The notes below the pieces were generated by a model. The model was given only the letters and a program-made list of their open reading frames with translations. It had not been told where the DNA came from and did no database searches. Below, piece by piece: positions 1-8,127 of a stretch of DNA of 11,068 nt. Every line of letters begins with the position of its first letter. Positions within the stretch are counted from its first letter, which is position 1. The translations under genes were made by a program, and so were the position numbers. Source of the DNA: Azolla caroliniana (taxonomy: Eukaryota > Plantae > Polypodiophyta); contig JBHGNT010001197.1 in NCBI GenBank assembly GCA_043228905.1, positions 1-11,068 of the forward strand. Direction: 5' to 3'.

Positions 1-131
1 AATCGGATGGTCTTTGTTTGCATGGCTTGTGATCTTCTTTGATTTGAAATCATTTAAGGGAAACTGCAAAACCTCTAGAAAACTCTTTTTTTGTCAGGTT
101 TGTGCTCCTCGATGAATTAATATACTGCTCG

Positions 132-299
132 TCAAAGGTTATGAGACTTATTTTTCATTCCAAGTTTATTGTAGTCCACATATTTTTCCTTGGTTCTATA
201 CCAACACTAACCAAGTCATACCTTTTTGCCACTTCAAAGGGTGTAATATTTATTTTTCATTCCAAGATATTTGTAATCCACATATTTTCTTTGATTCTT
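132..299. repeat. Diverged direct repeat, period ~102 bp
   Basis: tcaaagg..ttatttttcattccaag..tgta(g/a)tccacatatttt..ttg(g/a)ttct occurs at ~132-197 and ~234-299. Confidence 0.8.
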
Positions 300-1196
300 C
301 ACCATCCTTTAGAAACTTTCTATCGCATGCACCATTATAACCTATAATGTAATTGAAAATTTATGTGGATCTAGCCCCTACCGGAAATTTTCCTACTTCT
401 TATGAACCTAACCAGAATTTTAAATTTTCAGCCGGCCACGTTCCTACAAGCGACAATGTCCACCGGAACATGTTCAAATTATTTTTTAGCGCATACCAAA
501 TCCAAAATAGAGAGAAAAAAATGTTACACATTACATATTGAAAATAGCTCTAAATCCTTAACTTTACCCACATTATTGGTCGCAAAAGTGTGTTGGAAAA
601 GATTATGTACTGAAAATACGTCTAAATCCGTAACTTTTCTCAATTCTCATAATTGACTAAACAATCCATAATGAGGAGCATGGAGCTTTGCAACCTAAAA
701 ACTATAAAAGCCTCTCACTACTTAGGAAAATATGTTGTATGTGCGTATGTGAAAAGGCATCAGAGAAACTTGGAAAATATTTATTTTATTAAAAGTGTGT
801 ACAAGGAAAACATCTCTTTTTTATTGTAAGGGTGTCCAGTATAGTGATCAATCATCCCAATGTTTTGTTTGCACCACTGATATATTATAAAGATTTATAA
901 AACAAGATTTAAACACCATGAGATGCATGATACATGAGAAACCATTCCTACCGTTTAAACATTCCAACCTTTAGGAGGATGTACTTATACGCATTCTTTT
1001 GGGATGAAACAAATTATATCATAGAGTAATCAAATTATGAATACAAGACCCTAATGCATAGGGTAATCAAATAATATGATAGAGTAATCATAATAACCTC
1101 ATTTTGAATCAAATTATATCAATGCATCATTTTTTGATCATGAATACCATCACAAGATCCTAACACTGAAAAATGTGCACTCACCCCCACAATAGG

Positions 1197-1395
1197 GAGC
1201 AGCGAGCGGTGAGCATCGAGTAACGTACTGTCGAGCGGCGATCAGTGAGCAGCGATCAGCGAGTAATGAGCAGCGAGGAAGGACTCAGGAGCAGCGAGCA
1301 GCGATCAATGAGCAAGGATCAGCGCGTAGCGAACAGTGAGTAACAAGCAGCGATCAGCGACGAAGGAGGAAGGAGCAGTGAGCATAGCGAGCAGG
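1197..1395. repeat. Degenerate heptamer tandem array, consensus GAGCAGC, 28 units
   Basis: Parses as gagcagc gagcggt gagcatc gagtaac ... gatcagc ... gagcagg: 26 units of 7 nt, one of 8 nt and one of 9 nt. Confidence 0.9.
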
Positions 1396-1682
1396 AAATC
1401 AGACGCAAAGATTGTTTTTAGAAAAAACAGAAAGAGGGAAACTGGGAAAATGACTCAAAACACAAAAACATAACAACTTCTTCTTTTTTACATACATATA
1501 AACTATGTCTGTCTGTATGTATGTATATGTATAAATAGCCGGTTCAAAAAAATATGAGCCGGCTAGGAATGGGAAGACTCCGGTCCGGGTGTCCCCCACA
1601 TGATTGGCCGGCCAAAGTCCCAACCTATATATAACCAGAACACTAACATTGTTCCTACGACTTTGCCCAACACTTGTTGTAA

Positions 1683-1686
<4 letters not shown>

Positions 1687-1714
<28 letters not shown>
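1687..1714. repeat. (TG)14 microsatellite
   Basis: Perfect dinucleotide run. Confidence 0.98.
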
Positions 1715-2246
1715 GTTAATCTGTGGCCTTATAATCGATGGTGAGTTCATAAACACTCTATCAGTTAAGTTAATTGATGGTTGAAACTCCCTTACCTTTT
1801 ATATCGCGAGCTCATAAACACTACATTAGTTAATTGATGGCGGTCTCATAGGGTTGAGGTGTTCATTAAGGACAGTAATCATGATATTGTATTGATGATC
1901 ATTATTGTCAATAATCAACTCGACTAGCAAAGGATGAGTGAAATAAATGGCACAGAAGGGTCAACATCAATCACCGTCAATTGTTAGATTTTGCACCACA
2001 ATTTTACATATAACCTCCACGCACCCTATATATTTTATACATAAATAAGACACAACACATTGCTTCTTGTTTTCAATGAATATACATAACCCACCATGAA
2101 TAAAGCTTTTGCAAAACCGGTCTCGAAAGCAAGTTCCATTAGTAGTCCTATTTAAAACACATGGAGCAAATGGGACACTCAAGAACCAAACAAATTCAAG
2201 ATTATAGGTCTTGTTCACTCTCAGATGCAACATGTTAGACGTCACA

Positions 2247-2361
2247 CTTATCTTGAAGTAGAATTGATACACTAGGTTAGATGTCACCGTAGTCAAAGGT
2301 CTTAAAACTTTATCTTTAAGTAGACTTCAGACACTAGGTTATGTGCCACACTAATTAAAGG
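2247..2361. repeat. Diverged tandem duplication, ~60 bp unit
   Basis: ttatctt(g/t)aagtaga..acactaggtta..aaaggt occurs twice. Confidence 0.75.
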
Positions 2362-2583
2362 TTCCAAATTTAACAAATTTGATGTACTCACAATGATGAA
2401 CATTAGACATGCTTTTCTCGTCAATATCTAGTCACTTCTATCATGATTCCAAATCAGCAAAGCATTACTCTGGATTTGATTATTGTTGAATTGTTTAATC
2501 ATGTGTCCAATTACCCTTTGAAGTAAACAAACTCTCTTTAATTTTTAAAAATAACATCTATAATATATAGCTCTTTGCTCTTT

Positions 2584-3018
2584 ATGTAGAAGATGATATC
2601 ACTGTCTTGTTGTTATATGAGCTCAAAGAAGAATTAGTTATTGATGTGAAATAAAGAGAAGTGCTGGCTTCACCTTCTCACACAAAGCTGCTTATATGTT
2701 TTAACACAATTTGTCTAGTAGGCTGTTTTTGAATTCCAGTAGAAATCTAATACATCATTCGTTCTTCCTCACTTAGGTTTCGCATTGAAATTCTTATGTG
2801 TGGTTCTTGTGATGTAGAAGATGACATCATTACCTTGTTGGCATATGAGCTCCTTTTAAGAACAATTAGTTATTATTATTAAATACAGAGATGTATCATA
2901 TCACCTGCTCACACTTGTAAACATAATAGGGCTGATTTTGGACTCCAGTAGAAAGCCAATACATTAGTTCTTCATCACTTAGGTTTGTCGTTGTCATTTC
3001 TCATGTGTAGTTCTAGTG
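2584..3018. repeat. Diverged tandem duplication, units ~228 and ~207 bp
   Basis: Both units (2584, 2812) start atgtagaagatga and share atatgagctc, aattagttatt, ctcacac, tccagtagaaa, tcacttaggttt and the end atgtgt(g/a)gttct(t/a)gtg. Confidence 0.85.
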
Positions 3019-3263
3019 GGGCACCTATAATGCCCCTCTTCTACTTACTTTGTCTTTACTGAAGTTGTGAATAATGGAAGAAGCTTATTATTAATTATCC
3101 ACAGGAAAATTACAAACCTTCCGCGCCTATGGATAGCTGGGTCGAAACGTTTGATGGATACAAGCAAAGCTAGCTTTAAAATAAGAAAGTGTGTTCATAA
3201 TTATTTGGAGAAGCATTCAACCACAGATGTACAAAAGACAATAGAGAGAACGGTGTTTTAGCA

Positions 3264-3317
3264 TCAATAACTTCCGCCAGTCTTTCTATAGTGGATGGCA
3301 CTAAGTATTTTATCATC
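3264..3317 (-). pseudogene. FLVA: FLVA last coding pseudo-exon with native stop
   Basis: tacacAG|GAT..TAT TGA; DDKILSAIHYRKTGGSY*, matching the conserved FLV C-terminus A(V/I)HxRKxGxxY*. Confidence 0.92.
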
Positions 3318-3534
3318 CTGTGTAAAAACACCAATGAACAAAATTAACAATCTGTATTAGAGCATGAGAAAACTATTCAAATTTCAATAAACCTTTATCT
3401 AAGTTTGCTGGTACACTGCACATCTCATAATTTAGACGTGGACCTTAAATTTGAAAATTTTATAGATTGTTTTCCAAGTAAGGCAAGTACAAAATAGCAC
3501 TAAACTCGGGTTTTCCCCCTTAACCTCCACATAC

Positions 3535-3624
3535 CTGCAAGGCACCATCATCAACAATTGCATATAATACCCAATGGTCTCCTGTTTCCATTCTGCTTTC
3601 AACCGTGAATTCCATCCATGATAT
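3535..3624 (-). pseudogene. FLVA: FLVA penultimate pseudo-exon (GDH motif)
   Basis: tgtttAG|ATA..TTGCAG|GTatgt; 90 nt; ISWMEFTVESRMETGDHWVLYAIVDDGALQ. Confidence 0.92.
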
Positions 3625-3720
3625 CTAAACAAATACAGACAAGTACATCGGTTCTAAGAAAATATTCATATAATACTTTCAACTTGACAAATAAAATCAA
3701 GATATAAATTGAGATTTTAC

Positions 3721-3910
3721 AGCATCTAACAGGATTCGTCCACCATTTTTTGATTCCTTGGTATTTAATTCCCCGTAGCGAGGTTCTCCAGGCTTAAATG
3801 GCTTCAACAGTTGTTTGGTAATGGGAGCAACTTTTCCTTGGCCAAGGACATTTAAGGACAAACTTTCCACCAGGTAGCAACAGACTCTCTACAGCTCTTT
3901 CTTTTGCAAC
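3721..3910 (-). pseudogene. FLVA: FLVA pseudo-exon: flavin-reductase domain, 1-nt insertion
   Basis: tgttcAG|GTT..GATGCT|GTaaaa; 190 nt (63 codons plus 1 nt); VAKERAVESLLLPGGKFVL[+1]NVLGQGK..LLKPFKPGEPRY..NGGRILLDA. Confidence 0.9.
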
Positions 3911-3944
3911 CTGAACAAAACATCAGAGCTGTTTATGAGTCGAA

Positions 3945-4635
3945 AGGTGAAAATTTCTCGTAGAAATGCTCAAACTGTGTATATAACAATGCCCAAATAT
4001 ACATGTAAAAAACATTGCTCAAATGTCTTACAACGGTCAGCTGTGTATGTAACAATGCTCAAAAGCTTACGTTACATATAACAACGGTTCAAAACCCTAC
4101 ATAGCTTGTAACAATGCTCAAATGTAAATGTAGCAAGTAACAATGCACAAATGTGTATGCATATAACATGTAACACTGCTCAAGTGTGATTGCATATAGC
4201 AATACGCAGTGTATGTAAAATTTCTCAAATGCGTGTGGACAAAAGCTCAAAAGTTAATGAAATAATGCCAGAAAATGTCCACGTAACAATGCTCGGTTAT
4301 GAATGTAATAGTGCCTAGAAATATCTGTGTAAAGAAAAAGTCTCACTAATACATTGTTGTATAATTCTCACTATGTTAGGAAAAGGAACTTTAGCTGAAA
4401 GTATCATATAAGCTATTTGACAGCATTCTCACCTCTGAGAAAAATACGAGAAAGTGGGTAGTTCTTGCTCCCCAGTCAATGGCAAACATTGGTGAAATGT
4501 GTCTGTAGCAAATGCTCAACGTGATCTAACAATGCTTGAATGTGAATGTAATGTTGCGGAAAAACGTCCAAGTAACAAAGCTCAAATGTGTATGTAAAAT
4601 GTAAAAATGGTCAAATGTGTGTGACAATGCCTACA
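3945..4635. repeat. Degenerate intronic minisatellite, ~22-bp consensus TAACAATGCTCAAATGTGTATG
   Basis: Many variants of taacaatgctcaaa(tgtgtatg) through the intron, clearest at ~3960-4310 and ~4500-4635. Confidence 0.75.
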
Positions 4636-4659
4636 ATATTGATGTGAAGATGTGCATAC

Positions 4660-4770
4660 TGTGATTGTCAGACCTGGAGGATCAAAGCTTGCTTGGCTAA
4701 CCCATGAGGCCAACATTGCACTTTCCTTGGCAGAGACAACACAAAGAAAACCAACCACTCTACCCACTGC
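4660..4770 (-). pseudogene. FLVA: FLVA pseudo-exon: start of flavin-reductase domain
   Basis: atctcAG|GCA..ATCACA|GTatgc; 111 nt; AVGRVVGFLCVVSAKESAMLASWVSQASFDPPGLTIT. Confidence 0.93.
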
Positions 4771-5064
4771 CTGAGATTAATGTCACAAGAAATACAAAAT
4801 CAAGACTTCACCTATATATGCAAGCAAAATGAACTCACACAACTATTAAATTACCCCACAATGTGCTAACTCTTGTAGAGATAGCTACTTTATAAAATGA
4901 CAACTATAATAATCACCATTCTACATTTCAAACTATGTCTAGTTTATTCTTCTTAATTGCAGTGATTCTCTATTATTATAGTCAGACGGAGATACTGACA
5001 AAGTGAAAATAGACAGTGCAAATATTAACAGAATATAAACAAAAGTTATTGGGTCATTTCTTAC

Positions 5065-5192
5065 ATGTTCAACATCTGATGCCGCAGTGAATTGAGGAGA
5101 TGTCATGTTTCTCTCTTTCGACTTAGATTTCTTCACATATTGTGCTAGAGCTGTGCCATTTTCCTCACAAACTTGTAGATGGATTCTGTGGG
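5065..5192 (-). pseudogene. FLVA: FLVA pseudo-exon: flavodoxin-to-reductase linker, 1-nt deletion
   Basis: ttattAG|CCC..GAACAT|GTaaga; 128 nt (43 codons minus 1 nt); PTES[-1]LQVCEENGTALAQYVKKSK..ASDVEH. Confidence 0.88.
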
Positions 5193-5327
5193 CTAATAAT
5201 TTGCAAAAGATGAAACCCAGCCAACAACATTTTAATTTCCGTCATGCAGTTAAGGCTCTTAATAGGAAATAACCATCATCCATGACACAATTTGCACTAA
5301 TTTCTCTAGAATGATGTCTGAACTTGC

Positions 5328-5489
5328 CTTAAATTAGCAGTGAATTGTTGGAAATGCAAAGGAAAACCCAGCATCCTTAAAGCGCTGCTCTATCTCATCG
5401 ACTGCTTCTCCACTCCAGCCAAATGAACCAAACACCCCACATGGTTTACTCCTACCATTGTCATCCCTAAGAATGATACCTAAAGTATC
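5328..5489 (-). pseudogene. FLVA: FLVA pseudo-exon: FGSFGWSGEA flavodoxin motif; GC donor
   Basis: gctacAG|GAT..TTTAAG|GCaagt; 162 nt = 54 codons; TAA at 5334-5336 where K of the KFK motif is expected. Confidence 0.92.
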
Positions 5490-5849
5490 CTGTAGCAACG
5501 ATTAATTAAAAAGGTAAAAATAAATATAATCTGATCTACAATGTGCAACCTCTACCAGGATGTTGATCTAATAAATAAGGTACACTCTGAAGTATCCCTT
5601 AGTTTTTCTTTATTCCATCAAGTACTCCCGAGTTTTCATTACTTCCCAACATGCCCTCCCCTCCTCCGTTCAACCCTCTAATGAGAAATTAAATGCTATA
5701 TTTGAGAATTTGTATGTTCAACTCAACCAATTGTCTGTGCTATTTGAGCAATTATATGGTCAAGTTATCTCCTTTTTCTCTCAGTGGGGTGTTTCAGAGT
5801 TTTTTCCTAGTAAACATTTTCTTGTATTCAGTATTGTAGATATATATAC

Positions 5850-5991
5850 CTGCATAGGTGTGGACATATGACCACCTAAGGTAGGACAGAGGACTCCCTA
5901 TCACAAATCCACAACAGTAGAAACCTCGGCACTGGTGCTTTGTTCTGCATTCAAACTCTCTACCACTACACCTGCTTTTGATATGCCTTGG
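5850..5991 (-). pseudogene. FLVA: FLVA pseudo-exon: flavodoxin GSPTLGG region, disrupted
   Basis: atcacAG|C..ATGCAG|GTatat; QGISKAGVVVESLNAEQSTSAEVSTVV, then GFVIGSP in a shifted frame, then PTLGGHMSTPMQ. In-frame TGA (5901-5903) and TAG (5898-5900). Confidence 0.9.
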
Positions 5992-6074
5992 CTGTGATAA
6001 GTATCCAAAGAAGTTACTTTTCTCTCTTGATGGTTATATTTTATCATGATTAAAGCATAAAGTTGATTCCATAC

Positions 6075-6175
6075 CTGATTGCCTGAGCAAGAGCAGCTGT
6101 GTTGTTCCCATACGCTGAAGTGTATATGACTGCAATTGTAGACTCTTCAGCCTGTTTTAGTCTCTGTTTAGTCCG
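6075..6175 (-). pseudogene. FLVA: FLVA pseudo-exon: start of flavodoxin domain
   Basis: ttcttgcAG|CGG..ATCAG|GTatgg; RTKQRLKQAEESTIAVIYTSAYGNNTAALAQAI(S). Extra AAC codon in the FMN phosphate loop. Confidence 0.88.
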
Positions 6176-7085
6176 CTGCAAGAACACAATGGTGTCATTA
6201 ACACAATAAGATCAACTTGTCTCAAATGTGAACAAGAAAATGATGTTAGTAAACTTCAGCAAATGCTGTTAAAACTGATATTTCCACCCTTTCCACTGTA
6301 TCTACAGCCTAGATATGACATTGAACTGATGTATAAATGATAAACGTTTATGAGATTTATCTCTTGGTCTACATACAGAACCAACAATAGAAAAATTGTA
6401 GAGCTCAAGATCTTTCAAGTAGTTCAAAATGGTGATCCTATGTTACAAAAAATGGGACACATAGAATGTAATGTGACAGTTGTATGGGAAAGCAGTTAGA
6501 TTATTTGCTTGTATCTGGATATTAGTTAGATTAACGTGTGAATCTGAATTTTAAGCTGCAAATATAATGGGCAGATAAAGACAAACAGGGGAAAGCGTGA
6601 GAAATTAGGAAAAGCTGTATTGATCCTGACAGTTATGGTGATAGTTATCATGGAAATCTCTACCATCTCTTCAGTTTCCAGTCAATGGATGCGGTTTGAC
6701 TCGTTTTGGTTTCTCTTTTGTTTTATTTTGAAGAAAAAATATGGTTTATATTATCTTGATTTTTCATGAAATATGTCTCTCTTCATACCTCTTATGGTAT
6801 TCATGTCTACCAGAAATACGTTTCTTGTATTTAATGGGAATTTATTTTGAACTGTGGTTGCTATTCACTTGTAAATCACATTCTTTTGCTCATTTACACC
6901 AGTTCACGAATTCTGGCAACTTTCACTGTTTTAGGTACAACCATTATTTTGTAAAAGCTTTTCATAATTCTCCTAGCTAAGAAACCATCCCTTTAGAGAA
7001 AGGATGGATAAATAAAATATGGCTTATGAATCAATGTTTCTTTGCATTATTTGTAAGAGAACAAAGAGAAATGACATTTATATTA

Positions 7086-7256
7086 CCAATTGATATTCTC
7101 GAACAAGCTCGGTGATGGCGGATCGAACAATGGGCCCATGGATAGGACCTCATGTCGATGTGACAAGCAACCCCTCTGACAAGCTCGGTGATGGCAGATC
7201 GAACAATGGGCCCATGGATAGGACATCATGCTGATGTGATAGGTAACTCCTCTGAC
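7086..7256 (-). pseudogene. FLVA: FLVA pseudo-exon (PxHGP..ELVREY motif) with internal 76-bp duplication; 5' boundary uncertain
   Basis: Minus strand reads SEELPITSA*CPIHGPIVRSAITELV, then a duplicated copy SEGLLVTST*GPIHGPIVRSAITELVREYQL, then donor TTG|GTAATA (phase 0, matching the next exon). Confidence 0.8.
7103..7256. repeat. 76-bp tandem duplication of FLVA coding sequence
   Basis: acaagctcggtgatggc.. starts at 7103 and 7179; 8 mismatches in 76 nt by manual count. Confidence 0.95.
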
Positions 7257-7262
7257 TTGAGG

Positions 7263-7560
7263 TTTTGGATAAGGATGAGTGATGATGGTGTGGAAGTCGA
7301 AGCACATTCTTATGAGGAGATAAGGAATTTAGATACATCTTATTGTTTATGTGCATGAATTTGGTGTATTTGGCGAGATGGTTGATGATGACTTAACGAA
7401 GCAGTTTTTATGTTTTTTGATAAGAATGAGTGATGATGGTGTGGGGGCCGAAGAATAAGCTCATGGGGAGAGGAGGAAATTTGACTTAATTTGTTGTTGT
7501 ATGTATAGGAATTTGGTGGTAATCCGGCAAGATGGTTGATGGGGAAACATGAAGCATAGT
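7263..7560. repeat. Diverged tandem repeat, period ~151 bp
   Basis: gataag(g/a)atgagtgatgatggtgtgg at 7268 and 7419; shared downstream blocks gaatttggtg, ggc(g/a)agatggttgatg and gaagca. Confidence 0.8.
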
Positions 7561-7639
7561 TGTTGACTTTACAACCACGAATGTGGAAAGTGGTTCTCTT
7601 GAAAAACCAAAGAACATAGTTGATCGTATTCAAAGCAGC

Positions 7640-8076
7640 TGTTACCGGCCGGCAAAGGAGTCCAGAGTGGGAAACGGAGAGTTATTTAAGTAGTAGGAAT
7701 GTGGTTGTAATTAAGCTATGAGTGTGGACGGACGGACCGGAATCGGTATGCCGTTCCGGATCCGGACCGATCCCGAACAGGTGCGGATGGCACCGTTTTG
7801 TAATACAGACCGGAAACCTATTTAAAGGCCCGGATACAATGTAATGAATGGCGGTTAATTAATAAAAGCTTAGCGTTGTTATCTCTCTGTGTTAATTGCC
7901 GTTCTGTCTTAATTGTTATATCTTACGCGTGTGATTATGAAAGACGATCATGCTAAGTAACTTAATTAAGTCGGATTAAGCGTTGAGTCTAATCCGGTTG
8001 CCGTAACACCCTTTGGTGAAGTGTCTTCCGTAGACACTCTGTGTTAGGCCATTGTTCGGCCCTAAGAGTTAACACA
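7640..8076 (+). repeat. Putative 5' LTR (~435 bp; ends at CA 8074 or 8076)
   Basis: Starts TGTTA (7640), complementary TAACA at 8070-8074, directly before the PBS. Contains TATA-like and poly(A)-like signals. The second LTR is outside the window, so boundaries are unconfirmed. Confidence 0.7.
7819..7866 (+). promoter_or_regulatory. LTR TATA-like box and polyadenylation-like signal
   Basis: TATTTAAA at 7819-7826 and AATAAA at 7861-7866, in the expected U3-R order. Confidence 0.5.
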
Positions 8077-8081
8077 GTTTT

Positions 8082-8094
8082 TGGCGACCACGAT
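8082..8094 (+). promoter_or_regulatory. Primer-binding site, probably tRNA-Arg
   Basis: TGGCGACCACGAT a few nt after the LTR end; complementary to a tRNA 3' end ..GUGGUCG-CCA. TGGCGAC-type PBSs are recalled for tRNA-Arg-primed Tat/Ogre elements; the isoacceptor is not verified. Confidence 0.65.
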
Positions 8095-8127
8095 TCCTGT
8101 TTTTGCAGCGAACGACGGCACGGATGG

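Larger units (their letters stand above)
3264..7256 (-). pseudogene. FLVA: Flavodiiron protein FLVA (Flv1-type) pseudogene, 3' nine exons; 5' exons not in window
   Basis: Manual splicing gives ...CPIHGPIVRSAITELVREYQL / RTKQRLKQAEESTIAVIYTSAYGNNTAALAQAIS / QGISKAGVVVESLNAE..GFVIGSP..TLGGHMSTPMQ / DTLGI..PCGVFGSFGWSGEAVDEIEQRFKDAGFSFAFPTIHC*FK / PTES.LQVCEENGTALAQ..DVEH / AVGRVVGFLCVVSAKESAMLASWVSQASFDPPGLTIT / VAKERAVESLL..LLDA / ISWMEFTVESRMETGDHWVLYAIVDDGALQ / DDKILSAIHYRKTGGSY*. This is colinear with class-C flavodiiron proteins. SAYGNT..LAQAI and GRVVG.LCVV are Flv1/FLVA-type motifs (Flv3/FLVB has SDYGYSDRL). Multiple stops and frameshifts are present. Confidence 0.93.

Noticed and set aside
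350-1170. Possible old TE/LTR remnant with short (ATAGAGTAATCAAAT-like) repeats at ~1010-1120
   Set aside because: No termini, target-site duplication or coding motifs I can support from sequence alone.
3013-3036. Helitron-like 3' end (GGGGCA/TGCCCC hairpin next to CTAG)
   Set aside because: The hairpin is only ~1 nt from CTAG instead of ~10 nt, the stem is short and no 5' end is identifiable.
102-3261. Short ORFs at 102, 353, 402, 1399, 1967 and 3067
   Set aside because: AT-rich, mostly non-ATG starts, no recognisable domains; some overlap simple repeats.
3945-4635. CRISPR-like repeat/spacer pattern
   Set aside because: Units are degenerate and mostly adjacent, with no constant-length unique spacers, no cas genes and a eukaryotic intron context.
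3264-7256. Cyanobacterial flv gene (contaminant or recent horizontal transfer)
   Set aside because: Eight spliceosomal introns and a neighbouring plant-type LTR element indicate a long-resident nuclear gene.
7083-7633. His-rich minus-strand ORFs (7083-7307, 7150-7356, 7340-7633)
   Set aside because: Produced by the GATGATGGT repeats and by mostly out-of-frame reading of the duplicated FLVA exon.
8003-8020. Alternative LTR end at GTAACA (8003-8008) with TGGTGAAG as PBS
   Set aside because: It gives a 6-bp terminal match, but TGGCGACCAC at 8082 is the more recognisable PBS. The 3' LTR is needed to settle it.
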